64,000 nucleotides of DNA from Lama guanicoe (taxonomy: Eukaryota): positions 7,661,367 to 7,725,366 of the forward strand of contig MU054220.1 of the NCBI GenBank assembly GCA_013239625.1. Direction: 5' to 3'. The position numbers and the translations under genes are program-made. Shown piece after piece: positions 1-9,986 of the stretch (the stretch's first letter is position 1; every line of letters starts with the position of its first letter). The notes beneath the pieces were generated by a model. That model ran no database searches and was not told where the DNA came from. It worked only from the letters and a program-made list of their open reading frames with translations.

Positions 1-140
1 TCAAGGCTCATTAACATGGTAGCACACATCAATACTTCCTTCCTCTACATTGCAGAATAATATTTTGTTTATCCATTTATTTGTTGATGGACATTTGGAT
101 TGTTTTCACTTTTTGGCCCCAGCGAATAGCACTGCTATGT
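1..140 (-). mobile_element. Old LINE-1 (L1M-type) 3' region fragment
   Basis: TTTATCCATTTATTTGTTGATGGACATTTGGATTGTTTTCACTTTTTGGC is typical antisense L1 3' sequence. Confidence 0.75.
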
Positions 141-672
141 ACTTGGGTATGGCTTTAAAAGGATAATAAATACAGCCCACTCTTGACTCAAAAGTTTAGT
201 GCTAATGGTAAGCATATTGCAGCAAGAACTATTCACTCTTTGTTATTGATATTTCTCTATATCTTCAGTGGCGAAAAAAAATTCTTGACATTTTAAGTGA
301 TTGATTGATTAATTGGAGCTCTGTATTAGGGCTCAAAGATCAGCTCAGAAGGAAGATAGACCACCAAGCTGGGAACCCTTGTTACAGAACTTTGTGAACT
401 CTTACTTACATTTAATTTTTATTATGTGTGGAGATACCTATTTGGATATGTGTTCTTCCAGGTTAGAACTGGGTCACGTTCCTCTTTGTTGTTTTGACTT
501 CGATCTCTGAGGCTGATGCACAGGAGACAGTTGATAAATGACATGATTTGGATGAATACATTCATACATCTATGAATAAACCGAGGAAAACAATTGGAAC
601 AGAACTCTGAAAAAGAGAGGCGATTGTGGTAATTTTTAAAGAAGAGAGAGAAAGAATAAGGATCTGTATCTG

Positions 673-1227
673 TGTGGTAAACAGCGTCTAAAACGGACTC
701 CAAGGATCCCTATCTTCTTCCTGACACTTACACCCTTACGTAATCCCCTCCTCCTGGGCGTGGGCTGGGTCTACTGACTTGCTTCTGATCAATAGAATAG
801 TGATGGGATTTTGACATTTAGATTACAAGGGATTATGGTGTAGAGCTTTTTCACTCTCTTCTTGTCTCTCTCTGTGTTTTTCCTACTTGGTCAGTCTGGT
901 GAAGTTAGCTGCCATGTTTTGAGCTGTACTGTGGGGAAGCCCACATTGAAAGGAAATTAGGAAAGATTTTATCCAATTGCCAACAAGTTCCTCAGGTCCT
1001 CAATCCAACAGCCAGCCCAAACTGAATCCTGCTACCAACCATGTAAGGGAGCTTAGAAAAATCCTTTCTCCCATTGATCTTGCATTACTAGTTCTGGCCA
1101 ACAGTTTGACTGTATCCAGAGAAGCCATCTAAAGGGCACCTGAACCAAAGAAACTATGAGATAATAAAGGTTTTTGTTTAGGCTGCCAAGTTTGGAATAA
1201 TTTGTTGCACAGAGAGAGATAACTACA
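673..1227 (+). mobile_element. MaLR solo LTR (MLT1E/F-like)
   Basis: Starts TGTGGTAAACAG; contains GTAATCCCCTCCTCCTGGGCGTGGGCTGG...TGACTTGCTTCTG; ends TAATTTGTTGCACAG...ATAACTACA as in MLT1 LTRs. Confidence 0.85.
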
Positions 1228-1984
1228 TAGACCTGGGACAGAGATGAAAGAAAAAGGAGCCTCTAGAAGAGGTTTTATGTTGGAGCAACTTAAGACCCAC
1301 CTATGATTTCAGAAAAATCTACAAATTCTACACTTAATTTTGAATAACCTGCTTCTTTTTACATTGAATATTATTTCCAGTCATTTGAAGTTGTATCCTA
1401 GGTCTTAAGTAATTACCATGTAAACCATGCAGCTAATGTGGTTAAAAAATTGCATTTAACCCAGTAAGGAATTTGGAAATTTGGACTGTGTGAGTCTGTG
1501 GGAGAGCAAATTTGGGAGTGAAAGGAAAGCTTACAGTAGGCTGTGTTAGCTCTACTTTAGTGTGCATGGACAAATTTGAGTATAGAATAAAGTTTCATTA
1601 CTAAAAAAAAAAAACTAGCCACTTTTATAGGTAGAAACATCTTGGGGCACAAATTTTTATTATAAGAAAACTTATTTGAGCATCTTTCCTTATATATGTT
1701 AACACAAGACCCATAGACAAACCTTGTCCTTGGAAGAGGACATAAAATGACATCTGTCCACTATTTGGTTTGCTTCTTCTGTGTTCCTGCCCTTAGCATG
1801 CAGCCGTCTAGAGATGAGGGTGGCCCAATGAAGTATGGAGCTCAAGAATTTTGGGGGGAAAAAAAAAGAAAGAAAGACTGAAATCCAATCCTGGTTTTCC
1901 ATGAGATTCAAAGGTTGGGGACATCTTAGGGAGTGAACTGTGGTGTCCATGACCAAGATCTTTCCTTTAGAAAGAATATCATTT

Positions 1985-2491
1985 TGTTGGGGGTCCTCAA
2001 GGTCACATTTAGGCTCATGATTTTCTAGAAGGACTCAAAGAACTCAGAAAAGCTGTTATACTCAGGGTTACGGCTTATTACAGGAAAAGGATGCTGATCA
2101 AAACCAGCAATGGAAAAGCTGTGTAAAACAGAGGCTGGGAGAAACCAGGGCCAGTCTTCCAGTTGTCCTTTCCAGGTGAAGTGACATGAAGGTCCTGTTA
2201 ACTGATTCTAGCACTTTAACCTCTGGTTCCCCAGAGGTCAGACTAATGTAGCATGGATTAGGACTCTAAGTAAACAAAAACAGGTATTAACCAGAAATCA
2301 TATTATTGCATAATTTTTCTGTGATGGCTCAAAGTCTCAGGTGTATGAAGACTCCCTTATCAGTCAGGATGTTCCAAGAACTTAGAAGTTGCCTTCCAGG
2401 AGCTGGTCAAGGGCCAGAGCTGAAGACTTTTAGAATGTGGAGGGCTTAGAGCAACGCAGGCATGTTAAATTAACCCTTGACTGAACTATCA
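1985..2491 (-). mobile_element. ERV solo LTR, MER21/MER77 group
   Basis: TGTTGGGGGTCCTCAAGGTCAC...CTAGAAGGACTCA matches the reverse of the MER21-group 3' end; the other end reads TGATAG...AAGGGTTAA...GGCCCTTGACCAGCTCCTGG on the minus strand. Confidence 0.75.
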
Positions 2492-3917
2492 GTGTGGAAG
2501 TTACCATGAGGAAAAAGGATTCTGGACTGGAAAGGGAGTGCTAAGAGCAGGGTCCTCAGGGTGCACAGCAGCAAAGATGGACTGGCTAACTTTGTTTGAA
2601 GCTCCATAGGTCCCAGCTTAGTTCTTCGTGGATAAGTCTGGAACATTTACGTGTGAATTAAAAGAGCTTTGCGATGGATCAATCACGTTAGGAAGTATGA
2701 GCTCCTAATCCCCTCTCACATCCATTCCTGAGTCCATCTTTTAGTATTTTCCTTTATTTCCAAAAATAAGGCATCTAATTTTAGTATTTGAATCTAGCAA
2801 GGAAGGAAAAAAAAAAGGGTGGATTTTTAATTCTAGTGGGATCACCATGTCCACTTTGTCAGATACAGTTAGGTATCACAGAGCTTTGATTCCAATTAGA
2901 AGTCAGTAAGAATCTCCTGCTCTTAGAAGCAGGAAGAAAAAAAAAAATACAATTTGAGAAACTTTGATGAAGCTGTCATGCTCTAAAAGTCACAGACTCC
3001 TCTGGAGACAAAGGTAATATTACGGATAAGAATAAGTCTTCATCAGTAAAGAAAGAACTCTTTCTCTTAGACAAGTAGAAAAGCAGAATAAAAGTTGTTA
3101 AAATGATTCAGTAAAACTGAACCAAAACAACCCTTTCAATGGTTCTTCTTGTCAATTTTAGCACAACCAAGTTTGCCTCCCAAAAAAGGCCTAATCATCG
3201 CTGCCTAATTGTTCCAGAAGGTGAACACTAACCCTTTGAGTTTTCTGACGTTTTACCGTATTTCCAGAAACACTCTTGATGTTGTGTATTCACTTAAGGA
3301 TTCCACAGCAATCCGGATTTTTTTTCAGGGAATCAGTTCCATGAGAAAGGATACTGTTATCTTAAATAGATCCATTTGCGATTGAAAAGGGAGAGCGGGT
3401 TTAAATTACTGTTACCTTGTTTATACTTATTTAAAAATGTATTGACTCAATAACATTATCTGCTTATTCAGTTGTTACAGTCACACAAACGTCTCGCACT
3501 TGCGCAGATGTTACTGGTCTCTGCTTTGCACGTGTGGATGTTGCAACTGCTGAATCTTTATCCGTTCTTGGAATCAGCTTCTTATTGCAGAGAACTGTTA
3601 TTTGTTTCCTTTCCTTTTTAAGTTGATAGAAAATGGCTTCTTGTCTGCAAGGGGGTAATCTCCTTAGTCTTTGTAAGTTTCCAACATTTGTTTTTCATGA
3701 CAGTTTGTTTGTTTCCTACAAATATTTAATAGGAACCCAAGCTTAAATCATGGGAGCTGATTGAGTTATCTATTTAAAACTGGCACCTTTTGGCAGTCGT
3801 ATTTAAATCCTTGAATATATTTCAAAGTTGTTTCGGTCCTACAATTTTCAGCTAACTTCTTTTACTTAACATTCATTTTTTCTCTCTTTCTCTCTCTCTT
3901 CCCACTTTATCTACACA

Positions 3918-3918
<1 letters not shown>

Positions 3919-3958
<40 letters not shown>
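3919..3958. repeat. (CA)20 microsatellite
   Basis: Perfect CA run seen directly. Confidence 0.98.
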
Positions 3959-3959
<1 letters not shown>

Positions 3960-6368
3960 CTCTTTTCTATTTTAAACTTCTTAGATAAATCTAGTCCAAA
4001 CCAATAGCAAGAGCTTCAATATTACAGCTAGACACAGTCAAAGGCCAATTAGTTGAACTTTACTATATTCCAAAGATTCTTGTCAGCCATTTCTTGCATC
4101 TGTGCTCTCAGCCTGAGTAAAGGGACCTATTAGAACCACCTACGCAAGCAAATGACATCGGCCACTGTTATCAGAACACTTTCTTTTTTTTCTTTTTCTT
4201 TTTAGGGGCTCTTGATGGAAGAGACAGCTCTGTTATTCGGCTTTAAGTTTGAACAACAGAGACATCCTTCCCTGCTGCTGCCAGTCAGGTACCCTTCATT
4301 AGATCCTTATCTAATTAGCATTCTTTTAAAAATTAAAGTTATTATGTATTCAGTGACCTTTCACTCTTCACACTCTTCACTGTTCCGAAAGTTAGCTTCC
4401 AACATATTGTTTATAAATTGACCATATGTTGGAGTCATTAGGGAAAGATCTTCCATTCGGCAAAGCCTTGGTAGGAAAGAAGTACGTATATTTTCGCATT
4501 TAAAGTGGTCTGATTTAAGAGACTAATTAGCAATGCCATTTTTGTGCATAGGAATTAGCATATCTGTTAGTTTAATAACTGGCTTGAATAGCAATGCACT
4601 CCCCTCCCACCGTGTGAGGCATATCTCTGAAGTGTTGTTCTGAAATTTCAGGTTCATCTCTGATAGGCAGGCAGACATACTTAATCTTTCAGGCTTCACA
4701 TGGCTGAAAATCTAGAATCTGGCTGTTTAAATGTATGAATTGGCCAAAGGTGCTGGTTAATTTTGAGGGTAAATTTTAGCTGCTTATAATTATTTGTACC
4801 CGTTTGATTAGGTGAAATAAATATTCTTTTGCCAAGTGCAATCAAGTTAGGCGGAATGTGTTCATAGGAATGTTCAGTTTCAGAAGTCCCAAGGCACATG
4901 AGGTATTCATTCTATATTTAACATTATGATATTTTGGGAGATAAACCTACGTTTGGCAAAAATTTTTCTCAGGCAATTGTATAGCAATGTATATCACTCA
5001 GGGTCCATACAAATGGTGGAAACAAAGGGAATCAAAGAAGTTTTCATCTGAACAGCAGTTAGGGCAACAGTCACTCAAATCTAAATAAGGGTTTTGTTTG
5101 TATATGTAAAAATCTGGACCAGTTCTGCTGAGTGGCCCCGCTTTCAACAGAAATGTTCTATTTCTGTCATCATTAAAATGAAAATATATTATCCACAGGT
5201 GCAGGGATTAGACTCTGATATCAGGAGAAATGTTGGGAATAAGGCTTTATTGGTATTTTTTTCAGGGATCTCTATATTAATATGTACCTCTGACCTCTTG
5301 ATTAGTTATTAGTGGTGTGATGAAGGCAGCCAGCTAGTAATGCTTTAAGAGGATTACCAATTCTTTTGATGAAGGGTTAACAACAAAAACAGGACAATAA
5401 AAACACAAGCTAGACCAGTCATCATGAAACCAGGTGGCTGGCATGTGCAGGTTGAAATTGTGTTGTGAAGTAGATGCTGTAAAATCCATTGGAATATAGA
5501 AGGAATTGGGACTGGAAAGTTGCCACTGCAGTGCAATCCATGGCCCAAAGGTAACTGTGCATGAAGACAGATTCTAAGAGTGTAACTTTAAGAGCTTCTT
5601 GGGGCAAGAGAAGCAAAAACCAACTTCTTCAGTTGCATTTTATGGCCAGTTACTCAGGCACAACAGCTTCTGTGATGCTAACATTCTGTGATAAAAGCAG
5701 TTTCTTTACTTTGATGAGCCTAGAGAAATTCTTCACCTTATATCCTGAGCATTGTATAGTATTCGATCAAAAAGGCTCTAAGAACTCTTGAGCTCTTGCA
5801 GTCAAGTATGAGTTTTCATTCTAGTGGTGGTTACTTCTAGGGGAAGAAAGGAATGTAGGAACTAAATTTGGTTTCTCCTTCAAGTGGGATGACTTTGCAT
5901 TTAATCTCTCTACTTGGAAATCCCTTTGAGTAACAGTAAAACTGTACAAATGGAAACAAAACCTTAAAGATATGAACTGGATGCTGGAACATCAGAATAT
6001 TGGAAATGCTGGTGCCTCCTGAAGACAACAAGCAGGGGGAATATACCGAAGATTAAACAAGTTACTACTCGCCAGCATCCACAGAACAGTCACGCCAAAC
6101 GGTCTTTGTCCTATTGTCACTTCTGTAATTACAGCAGCAGCATTCACCACTAGTTTAAAATTAGCAATATGCTCTAAAGAGTGAATGACCCACCTTGATC
6201 AGGCAACAGTTTCTAGTATAGATTTTAGCTTCTGAGAATAAAACCACTCATATTTTGGTCTACCTGCTCCTCCTTTGCATCTGAAAATTGATACTTACAA
6301 TGAATACGTTTTAATAAAAGATGTACAAATCAGTGGAGAAACCTCAGAAAGAAAACCCAGTGGAGTGC

Positions 6369-6907
6369 TGTATTAGGTTTCTCTTACTTCTGCAGCAACT
6401 AACCACAAACTTCGTGGCTTAAAATAACACAGGTTTATTATTAATCATACGATTCTGGAAGTCAGAAGTCCAAAGGGAGTCTTGATGGTCTAAAATCAAG
6501 ATGTTAACAGGGCTGCATTTCTCCTGGAGGCTCTAGAGGTGAATTTGGTTCCTTGTTTTGTTGCTCTTGGTGGTGGTGTTGTTATTATTGTTGTTTTCCT
6601 GGCCTCTAGAGGTCACCTGCATTCCTTGCTTTATGATAAGCCCTTTCCAAATTTAAAGTCATCAATGGCCAGTAGAGTTTTTCTCATAGTGCATCATTCT
6701 GACACATTCATCTGCCTCCCTCTTCTACATTTAAGGACACTTGTAATTCCATTTGACCCACCAGATAATCCAGGACTTCCTTTGTTTGAAACTCAGTTGA
6801 TTAGCAACCTTAATTCTATTTATTACTTTAATTTCCCTTTGCCCTGTGATATCACTTATTCAAAGTTCCATGAACATTTTTCAGGAGCCATTAATCTACC
6901 TATCTCA
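6369..6907 (-). mobile_element. MaLR solo LTR (MLT1C/D-like)
   Basis: TGTATTAGGTTTC...CCACAAACTTCGTGGCTTAAAATAACAC...TTCTGGAAGTCAGAAGTCC...GGAGGCTCTAGAGG is the canonical antisense MLT1 signature. Confidence 0.85.
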
Positions 6908-7019
6908 AAAGGTAAATGTATAAATTAACAAAGTACTTCGTCCATAAATGCAAATTAACAGTCAAGATTTTTTTTTTCTGGACAAAAGAGCAAAGATGTC
7001 AAGATTAAAATTAACAAAT

Positions 7020-7530
7020 GAAACACTTGATGCCAAAGGAAACAGTAATAATTCAGAAAGTACAGCCTAAAATGTACTGTAATTAAGTTACGTAATTGAT
7101 GTTCTCAGGAAATATTTGAGAAGATATTACAGTCATAAAACATGAATGGAATGAAAAGAAAAAGGAGCAATCACAAACTGAAAAGGTATCGTTGCTAGTT
7201 TAAAATATGACAAACAATGATGGAAGAAGAATTGGAAAAACACGTTAAGAAATTTCCCAAAACACAAAGTGAACTGATGCAACTATGGAAAATAAGACAA
7301 CTGATGGGTTAATTCAGGAGAAGCAATTTGTCTAATTGCCGCAGCAAAGCAATACGTAACCACGCATACAGAGAGACTGTAAGAATGTATAACTCGATGA
7401 GTTTCTCAGGGCAAGAGAAGCAAAAACCAACTTCTTCAGCCCTGCATTTTATGGACGTTGAAAAGAGAGGTTAGAGAACAGAGAATTTATAGGGGAAGAA
7501 GTACAGAATAATACAAGAAAATTCCTGGTT
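7020..7530 (+). mobile_element. Very old LINE-1 (L1ME-like) ORF1 remnant, interrupted at 7336-7456
   Basis: A-rich decayed ORF1-like sequence including AGAGAACAGAGAA...GAATAATACAAGAAAATTCC. Confidence 0.55.
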
Positions 7531-7559
7531 TTATTCTTTTCCTCTTCTTGCCTTTAATC

Positions 7560-7770
7560 TTCCTTTTATTTTTCTTTGCTCTGCAGCATTAACCACCATC
7601 TGTGATTTTATGTAGTAATCTGATTACTTGTTAATTTTCTCTATGACTCAGTTAGAATGTAAGCTCCATGGACAGGTAATTGGCTTATTTTACACCTTAA
7701 TGTAAAGCTGTCACTTAGAATTATGCTTAATGTATAATAGATGCTCAAAAATATGTTACATGAAAGAAGT
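7560..7770 (+). mobile_element. L2 3' end
   Basis: TTAGAATGTAAGCTCCATG...TAATAGATGCTCAAAAATATGTT. Confidence 0.7.
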
Positions 7771-8152
7771 TTTCAATTTTTGCTTAATAGTAAGTCTGTG
7801 TCAGATGAAAAAAGACAACTTCTGTCCCCTTTCTATTTCTCAATTCTCCCTCTCTCATCCTAGAGAATTTGCAATTCTATTAGCAAGTCAATATTTGGGC
7901 ATGCCTTTTGGTCTTGAAAATTCCATGCAGCTCTTCTTAATGTTTAATAGACTCCAGATTTTAAATTAAAGAGAATAGCATGCTTGTCCTGAGTATCAAA
8001 TGAAAAATTATTTGGACACATGACTTCCATGGGTGCCCAACCCTCAAGTATATCCTGGAAGGGGAAATCAGGAAGACATCTAATCCTTAGCTCTACATGC
8101 AGAGTTTTAATAACTTGAAATTTTCCAAGAGTAGACACTTATTTGACAACAC

Positions 8153-8696
8153 TGTGGAGTCAAAAAAAAAAAAGTTTCCCTCTAGCCTTTTAAGTTTTTG
8201 GCTGGGAAACCCCATGTAATAAAAAAGACAGAGTAACAAGAGAAAAACAAAGAGAAATTTAATAACATGTATACACCTCTTGTATACATGAGAGAGACCC
8301 AGGAAAACCGAGTAACTCCAACATGGTCCAGGTCATCACTGTGAATATCATCACCTGGTGAAAATAAAAAAAGGTGACGAGGGATAGGAAAGCCAGTATG
8401 GAAGGGTATCAGGAAAAGCACAGTAAACAGGGGTAAAATTGTGCAGATTTAGGTTTTGGCCTTCTCTACTGATAAGAGTTTCCAGAGACTTAATCATCTT
8501 CTTCTTCCCATGTAGCAAGGAGACACACTTACATATGGAAATTTCCCTTATAGGTGTAATTTTCTCTTATAAAAGGATAACTTCTACTTGGTTTTCAGAG
8601 CTTCTCCTGTGTCTGCCATTTCTTGAAAATAATCAACTCAAGAAAAACCTTATGCCAAAAAAGCTATCTTGGGGGTGGCAAAATCTGGTCCCTTCA
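8153..8696 (-). mobile_element. ERV1 solo LTR, MER34-like
   Basis: Minus strand begins TGAAGGGACCAGATTTTGCCACCCCCAAGATAGC...GGCATAAGG; TG...CA ends; flanks ACAC (8149-8152) and ACGC (8697-8700) fit a 4-bp TSD with one CpG-type change. Confidence 0.85.
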
Positions 8697-9027
8697 ACGC
8701 TTAGGAGTGCAACAACAGGAAGAAATTATAAGACTTCCAGGGCCATTAAAATCTCTGAAATGAACAGAGTCTTGCTTACTGTCTTTTAGTCCTGTTAAGC
8801 CAAAGCATCCTTAAATGAGTATACCTGGAATGTACACGATCCTAAAAACCTACACCACTGACAAATATTTTACCTACAATTTTCTAACTCAAAAATTGGA
8901 TTAGTAGAGGTCTGGAAATGAGATAGTACAGTTTCTGTATTCTCTCCCTTGATGTTAGCCAAGCTTAAATTACAATAAAAATTGCACTTCTCCCCACCCC
9001 TGACCTTTGGCTATTCTTTAACAGAAA

Positions 9028-9503
9028 TGTCCAGTTAGGCTAAAGAAGATAAGAGATATATTACTCTTGTTAATCATGATATATAGACTGTAGCCCCCTG
9101 ACTGTGGGAACAAAGGAATGAGCCTGGGGCTGGAATGGTAAACAAGTTATAAAAAGCTGCAGACTCAGAGGTGAGAAGGCTGGTTAGCCACTGACGGGTG
9201 AGACCCCCAGAGGGGGGCAACCTAAGACAGGCACAGCCGCCTGAGTCCACGAAGAATGTTGTGAAGCAGCTGTTTCTCATACATTCCGCCCTGATAAGCT
9301 GTAAGGCTCGCTGGTGCCAGCACGAACATGATTTACCAAAACACAAAGGGTCTTCTGACCTTGAGCCAGACACTGCCTGTTAACAATTTCCCTTGTCATT
9401 CTTCTTTGCTATATAAGACTATGTACCTTAACAAAGCTTTAGAGTAGCCATCAGCTCTCTCCGCATATGGTGTATATGTGTATGTAATATTGCGACACCA
9501 ACA
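9028..9503 (+). mobile_element. Betaretrovirus-like (ERV2) LTR, probably solo; left boundary uncertain
   Basis: Ends CAACA at 9503; TATATAA (9410-9416) closely followed by AACAAAGC (decayed AATAAAGC, 9430), a spacing typical of betaretroviral LTRs; flanks AGAAA(T) and GGAAA(T) resemble a TSD; several CpGs retained; contains a CTE-like motif. Alternative starts at 8919 or 9257. Confidence 0.7.
9178..9238 (+). promoter_or_regulatory. CTE-like RNA export hairpin (single NXF1/TAP-binding internal loop)
   Basis: GCCACTGACGGGTGAG ... CAACCTAAGACAGGCACAGCC matches the two strands of the MPMV/SRV CTE loop as I recall them (GCCAATGACGGGTAAG / CAACCTAAGACAGGCGCAGCC); the arms pair into one stem-loop. 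Confidence 0.75.
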
Positions 9504-9699
9504 GGAAATATTCTTTGCTTATTTGTTTGTCTGTCTTTTTATAATTAGCATAAATGACTCTGAGAAGACACCACTCAGGTATGTCATAATACTAATCTGT
9601 GTAAAAATCATGGCATAGTTCTACTAATGGGAATGGAATTTACTGTTTGTTTCAGGAACTTTTCAAAAATCCATTTATTTGAACACATTACAACTCGAT

Positions 9700-9986
9700 T
9701 TACTCCTGTTAGTGTGAATATCCCCTTCCCAGAACAATAGCTGATATTGAAATCCATTTATTCTTCAAGATTCACCTCTAAATCCTGCCTTATTCTGTCC
9801 ACGAATCCTTAACTCTTAGTCACGAATTTGCCCAATCCTAATCAATTCCCTACCTAAAACCAGACCCTAAAACCTTCATTGACTCTCCTATCCAAGACAG
9901 TACTAAGAATCTGCCAAGGAAGGATTTCAGCTTTGCTTTATCAACAATTTATTTTTGCAGCTGCCCCATGAAGCCAGCATTTGACA
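9700..9986 (+). mobile_element. Old ERV1 LTR fragment (MER90/MER110-like)
   Basis: GCCCAATCCTAATCAATTCCC...CTTTGCTTTATCAACA...GCCAGCATTTGACA 3' terminus. Confidence 0.55.
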
